Positions 16,410 to 24,693 of a stretch of DNA of 32,000 nt are shown here, one piece after another. Made by a program: the position numbers and the translations under genes. Under the pieces are notes generated by a model. That model saw only the letters and a list, made by a program, of their open reading frames with translations. It was not told where the DNA came from and searched no databases. The stretch comes from Pseudomonas aeruginosa (lineage in GTDB: Bacteria; Pseudomonadota; Gammaproteobacteria; Pseudomonadales; Pseudomonadaceae): NCBI RefSeq assembly GCF_001457615.1, contig NZ_LN831024.1, forward strand, positions 2,190,001 through 2,222,000, read 5' to 3'. The first letter of the stretch is position 1; the number at the start of each line of letters is the position of its first letter.

Positions 16410-17519
16410 TCAGGCCGTAGCGGACTGGCCGAGGGTCGGGTAATCGGTGTAGCCGGCAGCGTCGCCACCGTAGAACCGCGCCTGGTTGGCCTCGGCCAGC
16501 GGCGCGCCGAGACGGATCCGCTCGACCAGGTCGGGGTTGGCGATGAACGGCCGGCCGATCGCCACCGCGTCGGCCAGTCCGGCCTGGAGTATCGCTTCGG
16601 CGCGCTCGGCGTCGTAGTTGCCGCAGACGATCAGCGGCGCGCGGAAGCGTTCGCGCAGGCGCTCGCGGAAGCCTTGCGGGTAGGCCGGGCCGCCGCTCCA
16701 TTCCCACTCGGCCAGGTGCAGGTAGGCGATGCCGCGTCGCTGCAGGGCTTCGGCAAGGTAAAGGGTCATCGCTTCCGGCTCGTCGTCGTGCATGTCGTTG
16801 ATCGTGCCCCAGGGCGACAGGCGCAGGCCGACGCGCTCGGCACCGACCGCGGCGACCAGCGCGTCGACGATCTCCAGCAGGAACCGCGCGCGGTTCTCCA
16901 GGCTACCGCCATAGGCATCGCTGCGTCGGTTGCTGGCGCTGGCGAGGAACTGGTCGATCAGGTAGCCATTGGCGCCATGCAGTTCGACCAGGTCGAAGCC
17001 GGCGTCGAGCGCGTTGCGTGCGGCGCGGACGAATTCGTCGCGGACCCGGCGGATGTCTTCCAGGGTCATTTCCCGCGGCGCGTCGGCGGGCGCCATGGAC
17101 CCGCCGCCCTGGCCATCGGCGATGAACACCTGGGCCTTGGCCTGGATCGGCGAGGGCGCGATCGGCGCCTCGCCGCCGGCCTGCAGCGAGCGATGCGACA
17201 TGCGCCCGACATGCCAGAGCTGCGCGGCGATCAGTCCGCCGGCGGCGTGCACCGCCTCGGTGACCTGGCGCCAGCCGGCCAGTTGCGCCTCGCTGTAGAT
17301 ACCGGGGGTGTAGGCGTAGCCCTGGCCGAGGCGGGAAATCTGCGTGCCCTCGCTGACGATCAGCCCGGCGCCGGCGCGCTGCGCATAGTAGAGAGCGTTC
17401 AGGGCGGTCGGCACGTCGCCCGGCTGTTGCGCCCGGGAGCGGGTCATCGGCGCCATGACGATGCGGTTGCGCAAGGCCAGGTTGCCTACGGCGAGCGGGG
17501 AGAGGAGCAGGTTGGACAT
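16410..17519 (-). CDS. morB: Old Yellow Enzyme family NADH:flavin oxidoreductase (morphinone reductase-like MorB)
   Basis: ATG 17519 has AAGGAAAAG 3 nt upstream and gives 369 aa. OYE motifs are present: VMAPMTRSRA, HGANGYLIDQF, SPWG and a C-terminal GYTDYP. It is the first gene of the morB-MFS-cif operon. Confidence 0.9.
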   Translation of the reverse strand: MSNLLLSPLAVGNLALRNRIVMAPMTRSRAQQPGDVPTALNALYYAQRAGAGLIVSEGTQISRLGQGYAYTPGIYSEAQLAGWRQVTEAVHAAGGLIAAQLWHVGRMSHRSLQAGGEAPIAPSPIQAKAQVFIADGQGGGSMAPADAPREMTLEDIRRVRDEFVRAARNALDAGFDLVELHGANGYLIDQFLASASNRRSDAYGGSLENRARFLLEIVDALVAAVGAERVGLRLSPWGTINDMHDDEPEAMTLYLAEALQRRGIAYLHLAEWEWSGGPAYPQGFRERLRERFRAPLIVCGNYDAERAEAILQAGLADAVAIGRPFIANPDLVERIRLGAPLAEANQARFYGGDAAGYTDYPTLGQSATA

Positions 17520-17562
17520 GGTCTTTTCCTTTCGAAGGCGGCAGGGAGATGGCTTGAACATC

Positions 17563-17580
17563 TGTATCGGTCGCTAAATA
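17563..17580. promoter_or_regulatory. Candidate CifR operator, copy 1 (TGTATCGGTCGCTAAATA)
   Basis: It matches the reverse complement of 17611-17628 at 14 of 18 positions. It overlaps both candidate -10 elements of the divergent morB and cifR promoters. Confidence 0.55.
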
Positions 17581-17605
17581 ATATGGCGATGGCAACGCTC
17601 GTCAA
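17578..17605 (-). promoter_or_regulatory. Candidate morB-MFS-cif operon promoter TTGACG-N16-TATTAT (minus strand)
   Basis: The complement of 17600-17605 is TTGACG and the complement of 17578-17583 is TATTAT. Operator copy 1 covers the -10 element and the predicted start site. Confidence 0.4.
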
Positions 17606-17610
17606 GTAAA

Positions 17611-17628
17611 TTTATAGTGATCGATACA
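17611..17628. promoter_or_regulatory. Candidate CifR operator, copy 2 (TTTATAGTGATCGATACA)
   Basis: It is the inverted partner of copy 1 and contains the internal ATCGAT palindrome. It lies 17 nt upstream of the cifR ATG, within the predicted cifR leader. Confidence 0.55.
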
Positions 17629-17644
17629 AATAATGGAGGTCAGG

Positions 17645-18235
17645 ATGGCAACGCGAGGCAGGCCACGGGCATTCGACAGGGACACCGCCCTGCAGCGAGC
17701 CATGGACGTGTTCTGGGTGCGTGGCTACGAAGGCGCTTCGCTGGCGGCCCTGACCGAGGCGATGGAAATCAGGCCGCCCAGCCTGTACGCCGCCTTCGGT
17801 AGCAAGGAAGGGCTGTTCCGCGAAGCCCTGGCCCACTATCTCGGCCAGCACGGCCGCTATCGCCGGGATGTCCTCGATGGCGCGCCGAGCGCCCGCGAGG
17901 GCGTGGCCGAGCTGCTCCGCGAGACCGTCGCGCGCTTCTGTTCCGACGAGTTCCCGCGCGGTTGCCTGGTGGTGCTCGCGGCGCTGACCGGAACCCCGGA
18001 AAGCGAGGCGGTGCGGGACGCGTTGAGCGCCGAGCGCGGCGAGTCGATCCGCCTGTTCCGTGAGCGCATGCGGCGCGGCATCGCTGACGGCGACCTGGCG
18101 GCGGACACCGACGTGGAGGAGTTGGCGACCTTCTATGCCACCGTGCTGTTCGGCCTCAGCGTGCAGGCCAAGGACCGGGTGCCTTGCGAGCGCCTGCTGG
18201 CGGTGGTCGAACGGGCGCTGCGCGCCTGGCCCTGA
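17645..18235 (+). CDS. cifR: TetR-family repressor CifR
   Basis: ATG 17645 has GGAGG 5 nt upstream and gives 196 aa. The N-terminal TetR helix-turn-helix is GYEGASLAALTEAMEIRPPSLYAAFGSKEGLF. It is divergent from morB-MFS-cif. Confidence 0.9.
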   Translation: MATRGRPRAFDRDTALQRAMDVFWVRGYEGASLAALTEAMEIRPPSLYAAFGSKEGLFREALAHYLGQHGRYRRDVLDGAPSAREGVAELLRETVARFCSDEFPRGCLVVLAALTGTPESEAVRDALSAERGESIRLFRERMRRGIADGDLAADTDVEELATFYATVLFGLSVQAKDRVPCERLLAVVERALRAWP

Positions 18236-18245
18236 GCGGGCCGCA

Positions 18246-19172
18246 TCAGGCCGCCGCGCTGCGGCGCAGCCATTCCAGCAGCAGCGTGGCAGGCTCTCCG
18301 GCCTGCAACGGTCGCGGGGTCAGCAGGTGATAGCTGCTGCCGTCGGCGAGGAATCCCAGTGGCGCCGCCAGCAGGCCGGCGGCCAGATCGTCGCGCACCA
18401 GTTGCCAGGGACCGATGGCCACGCCGAGTCCGGCGCCGGCCGCCTGCAGGCTCAGGTAGAAGTGCTCGAAGCGCTGCCCTTCGGTCGTCGCCGGCGCCTG
18501 TCCGGCGAGACGGGTCCAGGTGTTCCAGGCTTGCGGGCGGGTCGCCGTGTGCAGGCGCGGTGCGACGGCGCGAAGCCCGGGCGGGCCTGCATCGAGGTGG
18601 AAATGCCGTTCGACGTCGCTCGCCCGGCAGACCGGGCCGACCTGCTCGTCGAACAGCCAGTGGGCATGGCTGCCGGGCGGCCAGGGGAAGTCGTTGCGGC
18701 GGATCGCCAGGTCGATGCCGCGGCCGAAGGCGAACGGCCCGCCGCCGGCGACCAGCTGGATCGACAGTCGTGGCTGTTCCTGCATGAATCCGGCGATCCG
18801 CGGGATCAGCCAGCGCATCAGCAAGGTCGGTTCGCAGGACAGCACCAGCGCGGTGGGGCCGGCCTCCGCGCGCAGGGCCTCGCCGGTGCGCTCGATCAGG
18901 TCGAGGGCCGGGCCGGTGCCGGCGAGCAGGCGCCTGCCGGCCTCGCTGAGGAAAACCCGCTGGCCGCGGCGTTCGAAGAGCGCACAACCGAGTTCCTCCT
19001 CCAGGGTCCGCACGGCGCGGCTGATGGCACCGTGGGTCAGGCACAGGGCCTCGGCGGCACGGGAAAAGTTCTCCAGGCGGGCGGCGGCCTCGAAGCAGCG
19101 CAGGGCGTTCAGCGAGGGCAGGCGACGGCGCCTGAATGGTGAGTTTTCCTCACCATGATTGTCAGTATTCAT
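18246..19172 (-). CDS. LysR-family transcriptional regulator (GcvA-like)
   Basis: ORF 18246-19211. The HTH is LPSLNALRCFEAAARLENFSRAAEALCLTHGAISRAVRTLEEELG. I chose ATG 19172 (308 aa); ATG 19211 (321 aa) is also possible. It is divergent from the LysE-family gene. Confidence 0.85.
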   Translation of the reverse strand: MNTDNHGEENSPFRRRRLPSLNALRCFEAAARLENFSRAAEALCLTHGAISRAVRTLEEELGCALFERRGQRVFLSEAGRRLLAGTGPALDLIERTGEALRAEAGPTALVLSCEPTLLMRWLIPRIAGFMQEQPRLSIQLVAGGGPFAFGRGIDLAIRRNDFPWPPGSHAHWLFDEQVGPVCRASDVERHFHLDAGPPGLRAVAPRLHTATRPQAWNTWTRLAGQAPATTEGQRFEHFYLSLQAAGAGLGVAIGPWQLVRDDLAAGLLAAPLGFLADGSSYHLLTPRPLQAGEPATLLLEWLRRSAAA

Positions 19173-19237
19173 CGTTCTCGCTCGGCGCTGGAGACCGGTA
19201 GATTGTGCCATACATTCTACCTTGGAGCCTTCCAGGC

Positions 19238-19852
19238 ATGACAGAGTTGATAGCTTTCCTGACCATCACCGTGCTCGCGGTGATCAGCCCCGGCGCCGAT
19301 TTCGCCATGGTCTCGCGCAACAGCCTGCTGTATTCCCGCCGCGCCGGCCTGCTCACCGCGCTGGGCATCGGCGCGGGGGTGACGGTACATGTCGGCTACA
19401 GCATCCTCGGCGTCGGCGTGCTGGTGCGCGAGTCGCTGGCGCTGTTCACCGCGCTGAAGATGGCGGGCGCCGCCTACCTGGTGTTCCTCGGCCTGCGCAT
19501 GCTGCTGGCGCGAGAGGACACGGTGGCGGAGGAGGCGGCGGGCGGCGCCGGGGTTTCGTCCTGGGCGATGTTGCGCAGCGGCTTCCTGACCAATGCGCTC
19601 AATCCGAAGACCTGCCTGTTCGTGGTCAGCCTGTTCATGCAGGTGATCGATCCGCATACCGCGTTGCCGGCGCAACTGGGCTACGGGGCCTTCATCGCGC
19701 TCGCCCACGTGGCCTGGTTCGGCCTGGTCGCCTGCTTTCTCTCGAGCCCGGCGGTGCGCGGCCGACTCCTGCGTTTCCGCCGGCGCATCGACCAGTTCTT
19801 TGGCGCCCTGCTGGTCGGTTTCGGCGTCCTGCTGGGGGCGAAAAGCCCATGA
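19238..19852 (+). CDS. LysE/RhtB family amino-acid (or homoserine-lactone) exporter
   Basis: ATG 19238 (MTELIAFLTITVLAVISPGADF) gives 204 aa with six hydrophobic segments. It has the typical RhtB N-terminal motif ISPGADF and NALNPKT. Confidence 0.85.
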   Translation: MTELIAFLTITVLAVISPGADFAMVSRNSLLYSRRAGLLTALGIGAGVTVHVGYSILGVGVLVRESLALFTALKMAGAAYLVFLGLRMLLAREDTVAEEAAGGAGVSSWAMLRSGFLTNALNPKTCLFVVSLFMQVIDPHTALPAQLGYGAFIALAHVAWFGLVACFLSSPAVRGRLLRFRRRIDQFFGALLVGFGVLLGAKSP

Positions 19853-19882
19853 GCATGGACCACTGATGGCCGCTTGCCGCCT

Positions 19883-19911
19883 TTGAAGCGAGGCCGGCGG
19901 CTCCCTAGAAT
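19883..19911 (+). promoter_or_regulatory. Candidate sigma70 promoter TTGAAG-N17-TAGAAT
   Basis: TTGAAG is at 19883-19888 and TAGAAT at 19906-19911, 64 nt upstream of ATG 19975. Confidence 0.35.
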
Positions 19912-19974
19912 GCGCCGTTCATGCCGTCGCCAGTTGAGGGACGGTCCCAGGATCGCGGGACGCATGGGAGTTGC

Positions 19975-21483
19975 ATGAAGAAGGGAGCGACGCTTTTCGC
20001 CGTCCTCTGGGCGGTACTCGGCCTGGGCCTGCTGGTCGGTTTGCCGGTGGCCATTCATTTCATTCTCGGCCAGTACGACGAGGCCGGCTTCAGCGGGCCG
20101 CAACTGGTCTTCGAGGAACAGGGCCATTCCTACCTGGCGTTCACCCTCGACGACTATCGCGCCAACGAAGTGGACAACGGCGTGGTACACGGCAGCAGCC
20201 GCAGCTATGCCCAGGTGGTCGACCTGGAGGACGGCAGCCTGCGCTGGAGCATGCGCCTGGATGCCGACAACGAGCGCGGCGACGACTGGGGTTCCGGCGA
20301 ACTGCTGGGCCAGTCGTCGCGCTACCTGTTCTTCCTGCGCAACGAACTCTACGTACTCGACCGGCGCGACGCCGCCCCTGCGCTGGCGTTCGACGAGCTG
20401 GAGCGGCGCACTGGCGGCCTGCCGTTGAAGTCGGCGCCCTGGGGGAAGGACGCCTATCGCTACGACGAAGGCCGGGGCGGATTGCTGATGCTCGCGCTGG
20501 ACGGCCGCGTCTGGTTCCTCGACGGCGACAGCCTGGCCCTGCGCGAAGCTCCGGAAGTCGATGCCGCGCGGTATTTCCACGGCGACCCGCCGCCGCCGGC
20601 GAATGCCGGGATCGACTGGCAGGCGCCGGGCCTGACGCGCCTGCCCGACGGACGCCTGCTGATCCTCGCCAGCGATCACGAGGCCCGAGCGCTGGAGCGT
20701 GGCGAGGCGCTGCCGGCAGCGAACCAACGGGCGCGACGCCAGCGCCTGTCACTGGGCACCCTGGATTGGCGGTCGCCGGCGGAGAATCGACTGCGTCCGC
20801 TGCTCGACGCGGCCTTCCTGCAGGCTGGCCTGCTGCCCGATCCAGCCGCTGCCGAAGAGCCGCAGCGGCTGCTCGAGCGACCGTCCGAGCGGCAGCGCCA
20901 GCATCCGTCGCTGCCGCCCGAGCCGCAGCCGCCGGAAGAGTTCGACGAGCGCGTGGAGCGTTTTCCCAGTACCCGTGCGTTCCTTGCGGCGCGTGACGCC
21001 TACCGCCAGGAACGGCGACGCTGGATTGCCGCGCACGATGCCTGGCGGGAACGGGTCGCCGACCTGGAGGCGGCGGCGGATGCCGAGTACCGTCGCCGGC
21101 GCGACGAGCAGACGCGCGAGGAGGCGTTGTACCGTCGCTATGCCTCGGCGCTGCCGGGCGGCGATTCCAGGTTGGCGCGCCGTCCCTGGCGAGTCGACGG
21201 CAACTGGCTGGTGCTGCACCGGCGCAGCCTGGCCGAGCGTAGCGAGCTGCTGCTCAGCTCGGTGTCTGGCGACGGCAGCTTGCTCTGGACCCTGGAGCTG
21301 CCCATCGAGCGTCCCGAGCGGCTGTTCCGCCTGGATGCCCACAACCTGCTTCTCAGCGGCCGTGGAGAGGAAGGCGGGCGGTTGGTGCGGGTCGATCTGC
21401 GCCGGGGCAGCGGCATCGTCCATCGCCTCGGGCGCGGCGGCGCGCCATTGCAGCGGGTCGAGTGGCCCGAAGGCCAACCGTGA
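19975..21483 (+). CDS. Membrane-anchored protein of unknown function (502 aa)
   Basis: ATG 19975 has GGGAG 5 nt upstream, within ORF 19921-21483. It has one N-terminal hydrophobic helix (ATLFAVLWAVLGLGLLVGLPVAIHFIL). There are beta-rich segments with recurring DGSLxW (DGSLRWSMRL, DGSLLWTLEL). The central part, about 150 aa, is a Pro-rich stretch followed by an Arg/Glu/Ala-rich stretch. Confidence 0.75.
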   Translation: MKKGATLFAVLWAVLGLGLLVGLPVAIHFILGQYDEAGFSGPQLVFEEQGHSYLAFTLDDYRANEVDNGVVHGSSRSYAQVVDLEDGSLRWSMRLDADNERGDDWGSGELLGQSSRYLFFLRNELYVLDRRDAAPALAFDELERRTGGLPLKSAPWGKDAYRYDEGRGGLLMLALDGRVWFLDGDSLALREAPEVDAARYFHGDPPPPANAGIDWQAPGLTRLPDGRLLILASDHEARALERGEALPAANQRARRQRLSLGTLDWRSPAENRLRPLLDAAFLQAGLLPDPAAAEEPQRLLERPSERQRQHPSLPPEPQPPEEFDERVERFPSTRAFLAARDAYRQERRRWIAAHDAWRERVADLEAAADAEYRRRRDEQTREEALYRRYASALPGGDSRLARRPWRVDGNWLVLHRRSLAERSELLLSSVSGDGSLLWTLELPIERPERLFRLDAHNLLLSGRGEEGGRLVRVDLRRGSGIVHRLGRGGAPLQRVEWPEGQP

Positions 21484-21538
21484 TCGCCTGCGCCCAGCCT
21501 GGGTGTCTGCCCAGCGGGGCGGGGGGCCGGGCGCCGAT

Positions 21539-22870
21539 TCAGGGGTTCCTGAAGACGAATACGCCGCTGTCCACCAGGCGCGTCAGGCGGATGCGCAGCA
21601 GCAGGGTGCGGTGGGCTGCGAGGAAGCGCGGCACCTGCGCCAGCGGAATTGCCAGGCCTTCGCTGTCGCCGGGGCCCACCGCGGTATAGCCGACCGGCTG
21701 GCGCGGCGGATCGAACGGCGGCTGGGCCGACACGCTGAGCGACAGGGTGTCCACGGCGAAGCCGGCGAGCAGGTCGTCGAGGGACTCGATCGACAGGTAC
21801 AGCGAGCGGTAGGCGGGGTTGTCCTCGTAGGGATGGACGTCTGCGATGACCTGCTCGTAGAAGCGCTGTTCGAAACGCCGGTCGCTGTTCAGCTTGCGGA
21901 AGAACTGGATGAAGTAGTCGCGCACCTCCTGGTCGAGGTCGTCGCAGACGTGGCTGACCAGGTTCAGGTAGCGCGGCGAGCGGCGCTCGATGCCGGGGTC
22001 GAGCTGATCGATGCGGCGCTGCCAGGGGAAGCTTGCGCCGCTGCTCCGGTAATCGGCGTCCTCGACCTCCAGCGCGGCGCGGATCAGCTCCAGGGTATGC
22101 GGGTTCTTCGGTCCGCGGTCCTTCAGCGCCACGCTGGCGTGGTTCTCGCCGTCGACGATGGCGAAGGCGATCTCGCCGCGCGATTCTTCCAGGCGCCAGC
22201 CGGGCCTGGCGCGCTGGCGGACATCCAGTTCGAGGCTCAGGCGGCAGGCGTTGAGGTTCGCCGTGGCGATCCGCACCGTGCCGTCGCCGCCGGCTTCGTT
22301 GGCGATGGCTTCGACGCCGCTGTAGCCGACATTGCCCACCAGTACAGTGGCGAGCAGGCGGCCGGCGCCGTACCAGGCCTCGGCGCCGAACAGGTCGCGC
22401 TCGGCGAGTTGCCAGGAGTACGGCGAGCCCAGCTCCAGTCCCTTCAGCACCTGGGTGCCGGTCTGCCCGACGAAGCGGTTCCAGCCTTTCAGCACGCGAC
22501 CGATGAAGGAGCGTCCCTTGTGCGCCAGCGGCGAGCCGAAGTTGGCCGGGGCGAGCATCAGGAAGCGCTTGACCGGCGCGCTGGCGGGGTCGAAGTGGCG
22601 GGTCAGCCAGTCGCGCAGCACCAGGGCGCCGGTGCTGTGCACCACCACGTCAACCGTGCGCGGTGCCCGCGACAGTCCCTGGGCGGTCCAGGCGCGATCC
22701 AGGGCGGCGGCGAGGTCGGCGTAGGTGACGTCGTCCTGCAGGGAGATCCAGTCGGCGAGGCAAATCTGCGTCGGCGCGCTGCCGAACCAGGCTTCCATCT
22801 GCTCGGCGAGGCGGCGGAACGACTTCGAATCGTCGCTCCAGCCGTGGACGATGACGATCGAACGGGGCAT
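21539..22870 (-). CDS. Lipase/esterase-like alpha/beta hydrolase with an unassigned ~170-aa C-terminal domain
   Basis: ORF 21539-22912. ATG 22870 has AGAGG ~10 nt upstream and gives 443 aa; ATG 22879 and 22912 are alternatives. The putative triad is a nucleophile elbow VVVHSTGAL, an Asp in GGDGTVRI and a His in DGENHASV. No signal peptide is present. The C-terminal part has no motif I recognise. Confidence 0.75.
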   Translation of the reverse strand: MPRSIVIVHGWSDDSKSFRRLAEQMEAWFGSAPTQICLADWISLQDDVTYADLAAALDRAWTAQGLSRAPRTVDVVVHSTGALVLRDWLTRHFDPASAPVKRFLMLAPANFGSPLAHKGRSFIGRVLKGWNRFVGQTGTQVLKGLELGSPYSWQLAERDLFGAEAWYGAGRLLATVLVGNVGYSGVEAIANEAGGDGTVRIATANLNACRLSLELDVRQRARPGWRLEESRGEIAFAIVDGENHASVALKDRGPKNPHTLELIRAALEVEDADYRSSGASFPWQRRIDQLDPGIERRSPRYLNLVSHVCDDLDQEVRDYFIQFFRKLNSDRRFEQRFYEQVIADVHPYEDNPAYRSLYLSIESLDDLLAGFAVDTLSLSVSAQPPFDPPRQPVGYTAVGPGDSEGLAIPLAQVPRFLAAHRTLLLRIRLTRLVDSGVFVFRNP

Positions 22871-22951
22871 GTCCGGCATCCTCTGGGGCTGATCCGGGCG
22901 ACTATAGATCATGCGCCGCGGCGACGTGCCCTGACCTGTGAAAACGTCTAG

Positions 22952-23182
22952 GATGCGGCGGTCGCCCCCGACTGCCGCCGGCGCGGCATCGCCAGCGCGT
23001 TGCTGCGGCAGGCGCGGGACGACTGTCGCGGCGACCGCCTGTTCACTTCCTGCAACCGCTCCAACCTGCCGATGCGGCGCCTGCTGGAGCGCAAGGGATT
23101 CCAGCCGAGCGGGGTGATCGACAACCTCGACGAAGGTGATCCGGAGCTGGTCTTCGTGCGTTTCCTCGCGCCGTCGCGCTGA
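22952..23182 (+). pseudogene. Truncated GNAT N-acetyltransferase remnant (C-terminal ~76 codons only)
   Basis: The frame opens right after TAG 22949-22951. It reads DAAVAPDCRRRGIASALLRQARDDCRGDRLFTSCNRSNLPMRRLLERKGFQPSGVIDNLDEGDPELVFVRF, which is GNAT motif A (RRRGIASALL) and motif B. There is no room for the N-terminal half, because the divergent hydrolase gene starts at 22870. The only in-frame start is TTG 23000, which lacks an SD. Confidence 0.6.
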
Positions 23183-23191
23183 GCCCCGGGC

Positions 23192-23959
23192 TCATTTCAG
23201 GTTGCCGGCGAGGAACTGGCGCAGGCGTTCGCTGCGCGGCGCGCCGAACACCTGGTCCGGCGTCCCTTGCTCTTCGATCACGCCCTGGTGGAGGAAGATC
23301 ACATGGCTGGAAACCTGGCGGGCGAAGGCCATCTCGTGGGTGACCAGGACCATGGTGCGACCTTCCTCGGCCAACTGCTGCATGACTTTCAGCACTTCGC
23401 CGACCAGTTCCGGATCGAGCGCCGAGGTCGGTTCGTCGAACAGCATCACCTGCGGCTCCATGGCCAGGGCGCGGGCGATCGCCACGCGCTGTTGCTGGCC
23501 GCCGGAGAGTTCGCAGGGATACTGCCGTTCGACCTTCTCCGCCAGGCCGACCTTGGCCAGGTAGTGGCGCGCGCGGGCCACGGCGTCGTCGCGGTTCATT
23601 CTCAGGACGTTGACCGGGCACTCGACCACGTTCTCCAGCACCGTCAGGTGGCTCCACAGGTTGAAATGCTGGAAGACCATCGCCAGCCGGCTGCGGATCC
23701 TCTGCAACTGCCGGGGATCGGCGGCGCGCAGCTCGCCCAGGGCGCCGGGACGGGTGCGCAGTTCCTCGTCGCCGACGCGGATGCGCCCGGCACAGGGCTT
23801 TTCCAGGAAGTTGACGCAGCGCAGGAAGGTGCTCTTGCCCGAGCCGGAGGAGCCGATGATGCTGATCACGTCTCCCTTGCCGGCCCTGAGCGAAACGCCC
23901 CTGAGCACCTCATGGCTGCCGTAGCGCTTGTGGATGTCTTCGACCTGCAGGCTGTACAT
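23192..23959 (-). CDS. hisP: ABC transporter ATP-binding protein, polar amino acid (HisP/ArtP) type
   Basis: ATG 23959 has GGAGA 8 nt upstream and gives 255 aa. Walker A is GSSGSGKST, the signature is [15 protein letters not shown], and Walker B is [12 protein letters not shown]. The rest of track ORF 23192-24655 overlaps hisM out of frame. Confidence 0.92.
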   Translation of the reverse strand: MYSLQVEDIHKRYGSHEVLRGVSLRAGKGDVISIIGSSGSGKSTFLRCVNFLEKPCAGRIRVGDEELRTRPGALGELRAADPRQLQRIRSRLAMVFQHFNLWSHLTVLENVVECPVNVLRMNRDDAVARARHYLAKVGLAEKVERQYPCELSGGQQQRVAIARALAMEPQVMLFDEPTSALDPELVGEVLKVMQQLAEEGRTMVLVTHEMAFARQVSSHVIFLHQGVIEEQGTPDQVFGAPRSERLRQFLAGNLK

Positions 23960-23979
23960 GCGCGTGTCTCCGGGAGAGG

Positions 23980-24693
23980 TCAGTGGGTTTGCGGTCTGAG
24001 GTAGGCCAGCCAGCGCAGCTCGCCGCGGCGGAACAGCCAGATCAGCAGGAAGGCGGTGCCGGCGTAGAGCGCGCCGGCGATGCCGAAGGACAGGAACGGC
24101 GCATAGGTGGCGGAATTGACGTCGCGGGCCACCTTGAGCAGGTCCGGCACTGTGGCGGTGAACGCCACCGAGGTGGAGTGCAGCATCAGGATCACTTCGT
24201 TGCTGAAGTACGGCAGTGCCCGGCGCAGCGCCGAGGGCAGGACGATGTGCCGGTAGAGGGTGAAGCCGCCCATGCCGTAGGCGCGCGCCGCTTCCACTTC
24301 GCCGTGGGGCGTGTTCCTGATCGCGCCGGCGAAGATTTCCGTCATGTAGGCGCAGGTGTTGAGGACGAAGGCCAGCACCGTGCAGTTGAAGCCGTCGCGG
24401 AAGAACGCGTTGAGAAAGTCCTGGGCGCGTATGGCATTCAGGCTGTAGACGCCGGTGTAGAAGAACAGCAACTGGATGTACAGCGGGGTGCCGCGGAACA
24501 CGTAGGTGTAGAGCCAGACCGGGTAGCGCAGCAGCGGGTTGCCGCAGGTCCGCGCCACCGCCAGCGGGATGGCCAGCAGGAAGCCAAGCGCCACGGCGAG
24601 GATCAGCAGCCACAGGGTCATCGCCAGTCCGGTCAGTTGCAGGCCGTCGGTCCACAGGTAGGCCTGCCAGTATTCGTCGAGTACCGCGTTCAT
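23980..24693 (-). CDS. hisM: ABC transporter permease (HisM type)
   Basis: ATG 24693 has AGGAGG 7 nt upstream and gives 237 aa. It has the EAA-loop region [30 protein letters not shown]. Confidence 0.9.
   Translation of the reverse strand: MNAVLDEYWQAYLWTDGLQLTGLAMTLWLLILAVALGFLLAIPLAVARTCGNPLLRYPVWLYTYVFRGTPLYIQLLFFYTGVYSLNAIRAQDFLNAFFRDGFNCTVLAFVLNTCAYMTEIFAGAIRNTPHGEVEAARAYGMGGFTLYRHIVLPSALRRALPYFSNEVILMLHSTSVAFTATVPDLLKVARDVNSATYAPFLSFGIAGALYAGTAFLLIWLFRRGELRWLAYLRPQTH

Noticed and set aside
16396-16707. N-terminal extensions offered by the ORF track. Examples are the MFS ORF to 16707, cobN from 426, DAHP synthase to 5433, PaAP to 10625, hisP ORF to 24655, hisQ ORF to 25475, chlI-like from 5716 and MCP from 28579
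   Set aside because: The extensions overlap neighbouring genes or intergenic promoters. They start at non-ATG codons or lack an SD, and they are Arg/Pro-rich. Internal ATG or GTG codons with good SD motifs coincide with where family similarity begins.
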